A DNA stretch of 51,052 bases. Origin: a virus (Duplodnaviria; Caudoviricetes). The notes beneath the pieces were generated by a model. It was not told where the DNA came from. It did no database searches and was given only the letters and a program-made list of their open reading frames with translations. Shown in pieces: positions 41,685 through 51,052 of this stretch (positions within the stretch are counted from its first letter, which is position 1; each line of letters begins with the position of its first letter). Location of the stretch: IMG/VR virus record IMGVR_UViG_3300024520_000105, positions 1 through 51,052 of that record; one strand, 5' to 3'. The position numbers and the translations under genes are program-made.

Positions 41685-44553
41685 AGGTGTTCGTCCTTAT
41701 TGTTGGGGCAGAGTTGGTGTGGTAGTATACGACCCATGCCCCACCAGAGAAGTCCTGCTCTGCCCAGTCACTAGGACCGTTGGAGTAGAAGATGGAGCCT
41801 GAACCAACGTCAAATGCATCGGCCTTGACTGTGCCTGCCACGTCAACCACTTGAGTAGGAGAGGTTACACTAAAGCCGACATTCCCATTCTCTAACAGAC
41901 GTACTGACTCAGCGTTCCCGGGCCTTAACACTATGGGCTCGGTAGAACTTATCTGACACTCAGTCGAAGATAAGCCGTAGTCTACCGTCTGTCCGCCACC
42001 GGGACGAGAAAGCCTTATCTTATCGTTGACCCCGTCTGACGCGACATGGAGAGGCTGAGTACTGGCATCTATTCCGATTCCCACGTTGCCCGTCAATGTC
42101 GTTGTCAATTTATTCGTAGCAGGTAGGTCCACAACCAATCCGCCGTCCACGTTAAGGTCGTTGTCTATATCCACATTTCCCGTATCGGCTATAGTCACCT
42201 TCTGTGTGCCGCCAAGATAGAACTCTATATCTCCGCCATTCCTGCCCGCCTCAAGCCAGAGGTCGCCATTCGAACTATTGGTGCCATAGGCCAATACACT
42301 AGCACTAGGGCCATTCTCTGCCCCACCCCATATAGCCACAACCCCATCCTCATCATTGCGGTGTATAGCCGATGAAGCACCTAGAGTAAGGTCAGCGTTT
42401 ATAGCCTGTTCAGCGGTCCATACGTTGACCTCATTCGTGTTGGGGATTTGCAGCATGACGTTAGTGCCGTTGACGGTCAGCACACCATTCACGGTTTGAT
42501 TAGCGTTCCACACTAAAGCTTGGTTGGTGGTAACGAATGTCCCGTCTTGGTTGGGCACAGTCCATGTCCTCGTAGTGGCCGTACTCACCTCGCTAACCTC
42601 AAGAGCCAACAGCTTGGTAGAGTCGCCATCGTCAAACACCCTGAAAGAGCTATCGCTGAATACGCTTGCTGCAGCACTAGCCGAGCTACCCCCACCCGAA
42701 GTGAATAGAGGGAACCCACGCCTATCGGTAATAATGGTAGTCCATGTCCCGCTACCCGCAGTCTGCCTTCTCAGGGTAAGCGTAGCCAGCCATACAGCCG
42801 TACTCTCTAAGTCCTTATCTACGCTGAGTACGCTAAAGGCACTAGAGTCAGCCAATGCCGCAGCTTCGGTGCTGTACTGGTCGGTAGACAGGTTAAGCCC
42901 TATCTTCATGCCTATATTGTTGGTAGAGCCTGAAGGGGCGAATCCTATGACCTGTACGTTGAACCTAGCGTTGTTTGAGTCCAACACAGCGACACCATTA
43001 GCATCAACGCTTATCTGGTTTAGGTTCGTGATGGCCTTGATGCCGCTGGGATCGTTAAGGATATGATACTCAGCAGAAGCGTCCACATTCGTGACAGCAG
43101 TCACGTTCTGTAAGTGAAGCTGGTACGCGGTCCCTGCATCCATTGTCACAAAAACGTCATCCTCGGCAGCCCCGTTCACATTCGTCCTGACATTAGCGGC
43201 CATACCCGTCTGCCACTTGGCACCCAGAGTCCTAATCCTCTCGCCTATATGACTGAGCATGCCCCTACCGTTAGGGCCGCCCACCATCTCGGTCCATCTC
43301 TGAAGCAGCGTTGGCCCTTCATCATCCTGCACATCGGCAGCATCCAATAGCCCCACCTTAAACAGTATGGCCACCTCACCCGTAGGCTTATCACCATCTG
43401 CTACGAGTATGGCGTTAGATGTAGCATAGACCCAACTAATCTGAAGATTATTGGTAGCCCCAGCAGTCATCAATAGGTTCGATGGCATGGCATAGCTCAC
43501 TGGACGCCCGCCCCAGAAATACACCAATGGCGCACCATCAGTAGAATTAACCGCACCCGTAATAGCATTGCCATCTGTACTGAAGTTTATCGTTTGCCTA
43601 TTGGACGATAGCCCATCGGCTATGCAATGGGTGAATGCGCCAGCGGTTAGGTTGGATATGGATATAACATCAGCTTGATTTGACACTATCGCCAGATCCC
43701 ACTGATTGCTTCTATCGGTCAGCGTGCTGCCCGTAATGTTCCATGTATTGCTTCTGTCAACTATCGTAGAACTTGCCACATCCCATGCACTCGACCTAGC
43801 AACGATAGTGTCGCTGGCCACATTCCATGACTGCGTATCACTTGCCGCTAAGTCCAATGAAATAGTGTTCACACCCGCAACCGCCCCACCATCTCTGCCA
43901 AGCAGCCCAGACACAAATATGCTATTGGTGAATAGGCTCGCCCCACTAAGAGACGCAGCATAGTTCGTCGCAAACGTCACGGTCATTAGCCCCGAAGACA
44001 GTTTGACATTATTGCTCGTACTCTCATCAAAGGCTACGCTACTGGTGAACGGCCAGTTACTCATGCTAGTCAATGTATGCAGGGGTGGCCCTATAAGAGC
44101 ATTAGCCAATGGGTTAGTCCATGCGCTTTGATCCTGATTCTCAAACAATGAATGGTGTATCTGCACTTTGCCCTTAGCGATACTACGACCTGGTACATTG
44201 GTGTACTGGCTCTCATAGCCCAGCAGTTCAGCGAAGTATACGTTATTAGGGGGCAAGCTTGTCCTGACTATAGTAGCCAAGTAATTGGTCTGCCCACTAA
44301 CTACACCATTGGTCACATCCAAGAACACTGGGCCAGTCTGCTTTCTAGTAAGCCTGAATATCATGCCCGTATAGGCATAGTCACTGTTCAGGTTTAGCAC
44401 TTGGTCGTCGTAACCAGACCAATTCCATGTGAAGTTGGTATAGTCAAAGCTTAGGTTGGCATTGACAAAGTTCTCGGTATTGGTGTTGCGTGGGAATGCC
44501 ATGGCCACTGACGGTATGAGCAGGGCTAGGGCTATTAGTTTTAGGTGTTTCAT
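41671..44553 (-). CDS. ~960 aa tail-fibre-like protein with signal peptide
   Basis: Start ATG 44553 (TAATG): MKHLKLIALALLIPSVAMA-F; TTRTWTVPNQDGT and GNVGIG fibre motifs; 14-aa W-spaced repeats. Confidence 0.8.
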   Translation of the reverse strand: MKHLKLIALALLIPSVAMAFPRNTNTENFVNANLSFDYTNFTWNWSGYDDQVLNLNSDYAYTGMIFRLTRKQTGPVFLDVTNGVVSGQTNYLATIVRTSLPPNNVYFAELLGYESQYTNVPGRSIAKGKVQIHHSLFENQDQSAWTNPLANALIGPPLHTLTSMSNWPFTSSVAFDESTSNNVKLSSGLMTVTFATNYAASLSGASLFTNSIFVSGLLGRDGGAVAGVNTISLDLAASDTQSWNVASDTIVARSSAWDVASSTIVDRSNTWNITGSTLTDRSNQWDLAIVSNQADVISISNLTAGAFTHCIADGLSSNRQTINFSTDGNAITGAVNSTDGAPLVYFWGGRPVSYAMPSNLLMTAGATNNLQISWVYATSNAILVADGDKPTGEVAILFKVGLLDAADVQDDEGPTLLQRWTEMVGGPNGRGMLSHIGERIRTLGAKWQTGMAANVRTNVNGAAEDDVFVTMDAGTAYQLHLQNVTAVTNVDASAEYHILNDPSGIKAITNLNQISVDANGVAVLDSNNARFNVQVIGFAPSGSTNNIGMKIGLNLSTDQYSTEAAALADSSAFSVLSVDKDLESTAVWLATLTLRRQTAGSGTWTTIITDRRGFPLFTSGGGSSASAAASVFSDSSFRVFDDGDSTKLLALEVSEVSTATTRTWTVPNQDGTFVTTNQALVWNANQTVNGVLTVNGTNVMLQIPNTNEVNVWTAEQAINADLTLGASSAIHRNDEDGVVAIWGGAENGPSASVLAYGTNSSNGDLWLEAGRNGGDIEFYLGGTQKVTIADTGNVDIDNDLNVDGGLVVDLPATNKLTTTLTGNVGIGIDASTQPLHVASDGVNDKIRLSRPGGGQTVDYGLSSTECQISSTEPIVLRPGNAESVRLLENGNVGFSVTSPTQVVDVAGTVKADAFDVGSGSIFYSNGPSDWAEQDFSGGAWVVYYHTNSAPTIRTNTFDFK

Positions 44554-47500
44554 TATCGTCTCCGTGTACGTCTTCTGCTTTTCTTGCGGGGTGTATGTTC
44601 TGAAATTGATAGGCCAAAGAATGCCCCCGCTCCAGCAGCAGTTGTCTTTACTGGGTCGTGAGTCCCTACCCATAAGTCGTGAACCTCCTGCCAGACCAAA
44701 GGGGCAAACGCCCTGATAAGCGTTTCAACTTTACCCTGCTCTTGGCCTATTGCGTTTTTGCCCTCTACCAAAGCCACAAGCCCAGTCACCGTTGGGTTCA
44801 GTTTGTAAAAGACGAATCTTGACATTAAATCTCTAAGGTTGGTGTTGACTTCTCTTCCGCCGAATGCTTGCTTTCCCTTTAGAGCCGCAACAGCCAAAAT
44901 GCGGGCAGGCTGCTGAAGGCCAGCGAACAGGTCTATTCTGGTATTGCCGACTATGATTTTTCCCCAGTCGCTACTCTCTGGGTCTGTCCCTACATCTGCA
45001 CCTGCAAGTTGAGCAAGACCAATCGCGGACGCCGTAACAGTGGAAAACGCGAAGAAGTCTTTGGCAATCTCGTTTCTAACTCTAGGGTTCTTCCAATTCT
45101 TAAAAAAGGCAAGTGGAGTCTGCACCCTAGAAGCAGTGAAACGCGGAGCAAAGAATGCAGTGGCCAAGTCCTCTGCCGCCCTATTAAAACTGCCCAAATC
45201 GCCCCTGCCACTGGCCTTGTTTACATAATCAGCCCACGCCCTAAGTTCAACGTCTGTAGCGTTGGGATAGGTTTTTGCGAACTGGTCAAACGATGCCGCC
45301 CTCATCATGTTCAGCATAGTAGTCATATTGCGGTTTGACCCCTTAACAAGTTTACCAAACCCTAGTATCTTCTCTGCCAAGCGCGACGCAAACTGTTCCT
45401 CTCCAGCCCGTATAGGTCCGTCTAGCGTAGCCAAGAACAGGCCAGATTTGTCACGCTTCACTTGGTTGGGGTGGTTGCGAAGGTTGAAGTCTATGGCGTC
45501 AGCCTTGTGCTGCGAGAAGAACGCACCAAAAGCCTTGCCGAACGACTTGGCGAATGTTCCTGGCCGTCTTGCTCCCAATATCGCAGCCTGTCTCAAGGCT
45601 CCAGACATATCTGCCGTTGCAAGAGTTGCCCTTGAGAGCGAACCGACCTCTCTGGCTATTTGAGTCCTTGTCAGCGGTTTCTTGCTGTCTATCAATGCCT
45701 TTACATCACGCTTCTTGGCCGCCAACTTAACAGCAGCATTCTCAAGTTCTTCTAGGCGTACCCGCTTATCTCTCTGCGGGGTAGCGGCAAAATCATCCTC
45801 TGCAATCTGGCGGTCCAGGTCTGCTATCTTGTCATTGGTACGCATCAAAGCCCTCAAGTCTGCCAAATCCTGCTTAGCCTTGGTTATGTCAGCCCTGTCT
45901 TCTGGTCGGGCCTTCTTGACATCCCTTTGTCCTGTAGCAAGTTGGTCCTGAACTTGCTGTATTTTCAACTGAACCTCTTTAAGCTTCATATCGTCATTGA
46001 TGGTGCGAAACGCACTCGTCTTTAGCTTCTTCAAGAGCTTTCGTAATTCTTTCACCCTAGCAGAATCAGACGCCTTTAGGGCTGGTTGGTCAAATATGCC
46101 CTTCTGTGCATCGTCTATCTTGGCCTCTAGCCTAGCCTGAATCTTCAAGTCCGACTCAACACTCCTAGCCTCTTTGCGCTGCCGAGACTTCTCTGTGCGC
46201 CTTTTGCCAGCCAATGAATCCCATACCTGCCTGTCCGTTAAGTCCGGCACATCTAGCCTCACACGCTCGGCCACAGCCTCTAACGTGGTAGCACCCTGCT
46301 TGATATGGTTTATCGCCAGCTTCCCGATAATCCTAGCGGCTTCAGGGGCCAGCCCTGTAACGTCATTGACCCTATGGCCCATGGTAGCAAGTTGCTTCTT
46401 AAGGTCAGCCTGCTCTTCCGCTAGACCAGCCTGCTTTCTCCTGCGCCTTGTCTGGCCAACTTCCTCTTTGAGTACACGGCCCGCATTCTTCTTTGACCTA
46501 CCAGCATCCATCTTGTCAGCAGCTGCCGTCAATTTAGCAACTTGGTCTTCTAGCGTCCGTATCTGGTCTGTCAGATTCTTGGCCTCTACGTTCTCTTTGA
46601 CGGTCAGCTTATCACCCTTAGCAACTTTGAGTGCCTGTTTTAATCCAGCCAGAGTGTATACCTCTCTGTTGATTCTTAGCCTTTGGAGGTTGAGTGCACC
46701 ACCAGCCTTTGACCCACGGAACCTTGCAGCCTCAGTGATAACGTCAAGAATCTCGTCTTTAACGTCTAGTTGGGTCTGCAATTTTGCGGCCTCTGCTGGT
46801 TTGCCAGCATCTATCAAATCGGCAGCTTTTTTCACTATTGCCGCCCGCTCGTCTTCCAGTTGAGCTGTCCTGAGAATCATAGCCACGAACTCATCGTCTG
46901 TTATGTTGCCCTTGTTCTTTATCGCGCCTCTAGCAACCTCCTCCGCCTGCTGGTCTAGCCCCTTTGCCTTGACTCTGTTCAATCTGTCAGCAAACGTGCG
47001 CTGGGCTTCAGGCTCTATCTGGTCTAGCTCGGACGCATCCCTGATTCTGGCAATCTCTTCCTTCGTCAGTGCAGTTGTGTTGTCTGGCCTAGTTGCCGCA
47101 GACTCTTGCTGCTGCTTAACGGTCACATCATCATCTATGTTGCTTGCAGTCTTAAGGGCCGCCTCTTGGGCCGCTATGCGCTCTGCTGATGCTGGTATCG
47201 GGCGGGGGGCTTCAGGGGCGGCTGATGGTGAAGGCGACGGTTGCTTGAAACTGTCTATTGTCTCTAAAAACTCTTTGGCCCACGGAGCGGGAAGCTTAGA
47301 CTCTACAAACGCTCTTGACGCTTGGGCGGCCTCAACCTCAGCAGGTTGTTCAAAATAGGGGATGCGCCTTGATTCCCTTGTTTGTCCACGCCCTTCTAAT
47401 ATCTGCACAACGTGCTGAAGCTCATGGGCTATGCCCGCAGATGCCTCGTCAATATTCCTAGCCGTGAACCTTATTGTGTGCTGGCCTATGGATGATTTGT

Positions 47501-49154
47501 CGGTTGCATCTACCACCGTACTAACCTGCCCATGAACGGGGTCATAAACACCGTCTGGGTCTATGCGTACATCCACCCTCACATTCTCAGCCTCTGGAAA
47601 GTCTGCAAACAGCTTCTCGTCACCTACAACATTGGAGAGCTTTGTATCTATGTTTGTATGCGTAACATCTTTCCCGCTTGGAACCCTAAGCGTTCTCTCA
47701 AGATGTGCTGGAATATCTATACGGGAGGCATATGTAGGAACACCGCGATTTGTTTCACCACTTTGAAGTGCAAAAACAGGCTCCCCCTTTGATATGGAAG
47801 ACCTGTCGGCAACAGAGATGACGCTGGGGGCTTCCCTTGGCGTTGGCCTTATGGGTGTCTCCCTCTGCTCAGGGGCCGCCACAGGTTCTTCGACCACTGG
47901 CCTAGATTCACCTGTCTCGTCTATCTCTATGCGCTGTGGGGCTTCTGGTACAGGTGCAGGAGCTTCCTCTGTCTTGAACCCCGTCTTCTCGCCCTCGGCC
48001 AAGTCCTTCTTGAACTTAGACAGAACGGCTTTCTTGGTCTTGCGGGCAAACATATCAAATTCGCCCTGACTGCGCTGTAGCTTCAGTCTACCACTCTTGG
48101 TAGCGTTGTCCTCTAGACCAAATACTATGCTCATAGCCAACTGCGGCATCTCTTCTTTGATGAACCAATCCATGAATGACTGGTCCTGTAGCCTATCCCT
48201 AAGCCCTAAATCGGTAATCATGTCAAAGGCCAAGTCTGTACCCACCTGAGCCAAGAAGTTGCTTACACCTGGCCCAACGGTCTGCTCTGGGAATATGCCT
48301 ATAAGCGATGCTGCTACAGACTGCCCAAAGTTGGCTGCTGCAGTCTTAGGGTCTACGCCAGCGTCTAAAGAAGCTAGACTCCTAACGCCAGAGGTTATGC
48401 CCGCTGTGCCAAGCCTTGTGGCGAACAACTGACCTAAGCTGGAAAGCTCCTGCACCTTCTTAAGCCCACCAAAAGCACCCGCAACAGCCCTACCCGAAAG
48501 GACTGCGCCAATAAGGTTCAATGTGGAGTTGGCAATCTGCTCACCTGTGGACTGGGCGTTGAGTTCGGCACCTGCAGCCTTGCCAAGCCTATCAAGCACC
48601 AAGTCACTCAATCCTAGCGTAAGCCCAGACTCTAGGGACTTTAGCCCCCTGAACACAGGTTCTGCTGCACCAAGGAACTGTTCTGCCCCTGCACCCTCGC
48701 CCTCTATGCTGGCAGCAGACTCTAAGCCTGCCAACCTCTGAAACTCGTTAAATCTTTTGTTGGCCGTCTGCTGGGCGGCAACATCACCAGACGCCTGTGC
48801 TGCCCTTAGCTCCTCCTTAGACCGCTCCAGCCCTGCGACAATGGCATCATCTGTAGTCTTGGACTCCTGTATGAGTTCGCTGGCAGGGCCTTGGGCTGGC
48901 GTAGCATCGGCTACACTCTGGCGCAGCATGGTGTCACCCTCTGGCTGGCCGTCTGGGGCGGTTAGTGCGGTTCTCGTCTGGATTGGCTGAGACAGGAAGT
49001 CCAAGGACTCGTCCTGTGCTGCCACGGGCGGGGCTTTCGCTGGACCGTCTAGCAAGAAATCAAGAGACTCGTCTTGTATGGAAGGAGTGCTGGCAGGTTC
49101 TGCCTGTCCTACATCATCTAACAAGAAGTCGAGACTATTGTTATTGCTTGCCAC
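44553..49154 (-). CDS. 1533 aa internal virion/ejection (large polyvalent) protein with a HExxH metallopeptidase-like insert
   Basis: SLDFLL repeats, long coiled coils, AHELQHVVQILEG, DPESSDWGKI. Confidence 0.75.
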   Translation of the reverse strand: MASNNNSLDFLLDDVGQAEPASTPSIQDESLDFLLDGPAKAPPVAAQDESLDFLSQPIQTRTALTAPDGQPEGDTMLRQSVADATPAQGPASELIQESKTTDDAIVAGLERSKEELRAAQASGDVAAQQTANKRFNEFQRLAGLESAASIEGEGAGAEQFLGAAEPVFRGLKSLESGLTLGLSDLVLDRLGKAAGAELNAQSTGEQIANSTLNLIGAVLSGRAVAGAFGGLKKVQELSSLGQLFATRLGTAGITSGVRSLASLDAGVDPKTAAANFGQSVAASLIGIFPEQTVGPGVSNFLAQVGTDLAFDMITDLGLRDRLQDQSFMDWFIKEEMPQLAMSIVFGLEDNATKSGRLKLQRSQGEFDMFARKTKKAVLSKFKKDLAEGEKTGFKTEEAPAPVPEAPQRIEIDETGESRPVVEEPVAAPEQRETPIRPTPREAPSVISVADRSSISKGEPVFALQSGETNRGVPTYASRIDIPAHLERTLRVPSGKDVTHTNIDTKLSNVVGDEKLFADFPEAENVRVDVRIDPDGVYDPVHGQVSTVVDATDKSSIGQHTIRFTARNIDEASAGIAHELQHVVQILEGRGQTRESRRIPYFEQPAEVEAAQASRAFVESKLPAPWAKEFLETIDSFKQPSPSPSAAPEAPRPIPASAERIAAQEAALKTASNIDDDVTVKQQQESAATRPDNTTALTKEEIARIRDASELDQIEPEAQRTFADRLNRVKAKGLDQQAEEVARGAIKNKGNITDDEFVAMILRTAQLEDERAAIVKKAADLIDAGKPAEAAKLQTQLDVKDEILDVITEAARFRGSKAGGALNLQRLRINREVYTLAGLKQALKVAKGDKLTVKENVEAKNLTDQIRTLEDQVAKLTAAADKMDAGRSKKNAGRVLKEEVGQTRRRRKQAGLAEEQADLKKQLATMGHRVNDVTGLAPEAARIIGKLAINHIKQGATTLEAVAERVRLDVPDLTDRQVWDSLAGKRRTEKSRQRKEARSVESDLKIQARLEAKIDDAQKGIFDQPALKASDSARVKELRKLLKKLKTSAFRTINDDMKLKEVQLKIQQVQDQLATGQRDVKKARPEDRADITKAKQDLADLRALMRTNDKIADLDRQIAEDDFAATPQRDKRVRLEELENAAVKLAAKKRDVKALIDSKKPLTRTQIAREVGSLSRATLATADMSGALRQAAILGARRPGTFAKSFGKAFGAFFSQHKADAIDFNLRNHPNQVKRDKSGLFLATLDGPIRAGEEQFASRLAEKILGFGKLVKGSNRNMTTMLNMMRAASFDQFAKTYPNATDVELRAWADYVNKASGRGDLGSFNRAAEDLATAFFAPRFTASRVQTPLAFFKNWKNPRVRNEIAKDFFAFSTVTASAIGLAQLAGADVGTDPESSDWGKIIVGNTRIDLFAGLQQPARILAVAALKGKQAFGGREVNTNLRDLMSRFVFYKLNPTVTGLVALVEGKNAIGQEQGKVETLIRAFAPLVWQEVHDLWVGTHDPVKTTAAGAGAFFGLSISEHTPRKKSRRRTRRR

Positions 49155-50622
49155 GATTGTTCTCCTTCACCAGTAGCTTGGCCGCCTTATAATTGTCCAC
49201 CGCGAGCTTTGCTGCAGCACTTCCCTTTTGCTCGTTCACCGTCTTGAATATCTTGATTACGATTTCCTCATCATTCAAGCCTTCAAAGAGAGGGCTGTTT
49301 TTCACCCTGTCAACCCTGTCAACCGCCTTTGCAAACGCAACGTCATCTGAGTCTATGCGGCCATCTCCGTTGGCATCCCCCACGCTCTCTGGGGATGTAG
49401 TTGGGCGTTGAGCGTCTGGCACAGGAACAGTCTCAAGTTCTGGCACCTCTGGCGTACCAGTAGGTCTTGTAATGTCTGTGCGGCCCACAACAACCTTGCC
49501 TTCCTCATCGAATATATCTTCAGAGATTGTCTTCTTGCCCACCTTGGTCTTTTCAAACTCAACCAGAGCATTGAACCTAGCCATATTCTCGTCACGCAGG
49601 GCTTCTCTCTTCTCCTTCTCCAACTGTGCCTGTAATCTAGCAGGGTCACGCGCAAACTCGCCAGCAGCCACTTGTTCTGCTACACGCTTTTGTTCAAGCT
49701 GTACCTTGGCGGCATCAAGCCCAAACTTCAGTTTATCTGCTGCACTAAGAGTGCCAAACTGAAACGCTTTCTGGATTCTATTTGCCCTATCTATTCGCTC
49801 CCTAGACTCTGCGGCAACCCTAGCTGACTCGCCTTCAAGCCGAAGCTCTGACTCAAGGTCGGTAGCAGTCTTCTTCTCGGCAATAATAGCGTTCCTATTA
49901 GCAGCCAACCTATCCTCTAACTGCTTAATCTCGCCACCAATCTGCGCCTTAGCACTCTCTTTGGCCTCTAGCGTCTTAGCACCAGAGAACCTGCGATTGA
50001 ACGCAAGGGTTGAGCCAAGCTGCTCTCTAAGTTCTGCAAGCTGCGCCTCTAACGGCCCCTGCTCTTGGCGTTGCTTCTGCTCTGCTGGGGTCAACGCCTT
50101 GCGCTGGCCAGCACTCTCAGCCCGCTGTACGGTGCCAGTAGCTTCGTCAAATATCTCGCCTTCAGCCACACGTCTATCTTCTATCGGTACAGACGCACCC
50201 AACTCTAGTGGGCCGCCAGCAAACTTGCTGCGTTCTGTAGCTAGGGCCTGCTCTAGCGGGTTCTTCTGTATCTGTGAAGGCAATACGAAGTCCACGCCAG
50301 CCTCATCGGCCAAGCGTGCAGCATCCGAAGTCTCGCCAACTACGGGGCCAGTAATGCGGCCCGGCAGCGTTGCTCGCCTAATCTCTTCGTCCTGCTGTGC
50401 GGCTAATTCGGGGAACTCTTCCTTGTTGATTGGCTCACTCTCTATCTCCAGCCTGTCTGCATCCGTAATGCCTCTTGTTGCAAACGCTGCCCCTACCTGC
50501 CTGCCTTGTGCTTCGGCTAGTGCCACCTTCTGTGCTGCTGAAACGCCAGGAAGCGTGGTTATCGCCCCGCCCCCTAAGTCGAACAGCTCTTTCCTTGTTT
50601 TTCTTCTTCTTCCGTTAGCCAT
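49141..50622 (-). CDS. Putative ejection/internal virion protein
   Basis: 493 aa, Ala/Glu/Arg-rich helical; upstream of the large ejection protein. Confidence 0.65.
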   Translation of the reverse strand: MANGRRRKTRKELFDLGGGAITTLPGVSAAQKVALAEAQGRQVGAAFATRGITDADRLEIESEPINKEEFPELAAQQDEEIRRATLPGRITGPVVGETSDAARLADEAGVDFVLPSQIQKNPLEQALATERSKFAGGPLELGASVPIEDRRVAEGEIFDEATGTVQRAESAGQRKALTPAEQKQRQEQGPLEAQLAELREQLGSTLAFNRRFSGAKTLEAKESAKAQIGGEIKQLEDRLAANRNAIIAEKKTATDLESELRLEGESARVAAESRERIDRANRIQKAFQFGTLSAADKLKFGLDAAKVQLEQKRVAEQVAAGEFARDPARLQAQLEKEKREALRDENMARFNALVEFEKTKVGKKTISEDIFDEEGKVVVGRTDITRPTGTPEVPELETVPVPDAQRPTTSPESVGDANGDGRIDSDDVAFAKAVDRVDRVKNSPLFEGLNDEEIVIKIFKTVNEQKGSAAAKLAVDNYKAAKLLVKENNRGKQ

Positions 50623-50631
50623 GACTATCTC

Positions 50632-51052
50632 CTATGGAGTTGTGTTATCAAATGAGAACTCCCAATCATACGTCCAGACTGTCTCGTTTATCTCTATTCG
50701 TTTCGTCTCATTGGACGCTATCGGGAATTGTGGAACAGGGTTGTTTGTGCGGCCATACTCTACTGAGCCAAACCGCTGTGGGGTGTTGGTCACGGCCAAT
50801 GTTTCAACACGATACCAGTTAGTGGGTATAGTCCATGGGTAGCCGTCATAGCCAGTAGGTCTATTGCTATAGGCGTTAATGGTTAGGGACGCAGGGTCGC
50901 TTAAGAACCATATGCTTGCCTCTGAAGGTATGTGGGTGGCGATTTGGCCTGCCCATGCCTGTCCACGCTCTCTGTCGCCCTCTACGGTGAAACTGAAGGG
51001 GGCTGTTCGTTCAACTCGGCCCTTAACCTCGTATGGGCGTAAGGATGCCCCA
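50632..51052 (-). CDS. 3' part of the junction-spanning protein (...YPWTIPTNWYRVETLAVTNTPQ...WEFSFDNTTP*)
   Basis: Open frame ending TAG at 50634-50632, directly upstream of the RBS/ATG of 49141..50622. Confidence 0.85.
   Translation of the reverse strand, partial: GASLRPYEVKGRVERTAPFSFTVEGDRERGQAWAGQIATHIPSEASIWFLSDPASLTINAYSNRPTGYDGYPWTIPTNWYRVETLAVTNTPQRFGSVEYGRTNNPVPQFPIASNETKRIEINETVWTYDWEFSFDNTTP
50835..51052. repeat. Terminal direct repeat/assembly overlap, right copy; unit genome about 50834 bp
   Basis: Matches 1-218. Confidence 0.95.

Noticed and set aside
44554-44673. N-terminal 40 aa extension of the 1000 aa ORF
   Set aside because: It overlaps the upstream gene; ATG 44553 has a GGAG RBS, TAATG coupling and begins the signal peptide.
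1-51052. Diversity-generating retroelement (terminal near-identical copies as TR/VR)
   Set aside because: No reverse transcriptase ORF is seen; the mismatches are synonymous, not adenine-specific, and the copies are the contig ends.
1-51052. Stop-codon reassignment suggested by abundant TAG/CTAG
   Set aside because: Core genes are full length in the standard code, and several end in TAG with the next gene tightly coupled.
1-51052. tRNA/rRNA genes, integrase, tape measure or sheath genes
   Set aside because: No convincing cloverleaf, rRNA similarity, recombinase motif or long-tail module was seen by eye.

Overview
The window is an apparently complete ~50.8 kb tailed dsDNA phage genome. It is circular or terminally redundant: 1-218 repeats at 50835-51052 with 4 differences, all synonymous. 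The minus-strand arm (18744 down to 1, continuing from 50834 to 39510) carries terS, HNH genes, terL, a GroES-like gene, a DUF115/Maf-like transferase, a P22-like portal, scaffold, capsid, adaptor, tail/ejection proteins, a fibre, a LamG protein and DUF1353. The plus-strand arm (19180-39513) carries tiny early genes, two DNA methylases, an exonuclease, an SSB-like protein, NinG, DnaB, ClpP and phosphoesterases. The layout is podovirus-like. I could not recognise an integrase, repressor, DNA polymerase, reverse transcriptase or endolysin. The most striking observation is that about eight proteins in the virion/tail module carry Sec-type signal peptides (one internal), and this same set is strongly enriched in Thr-Asn/Ser-Asn dipeptides. 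This suggests exported, possibly glycosylated, virion parts assembled outside the cytoplasm, perhaps in a PVC-group host. Also notable are repeat-flanked early gene cassettes behind a sigma54-like promoter, a dif-like site, a C4-like antisense/attenuator RNA and a DUF2292-like gene/terminator switch ahead of the head genes. All calls come from reading the sequence only; no searches were run and all counts are by hand.
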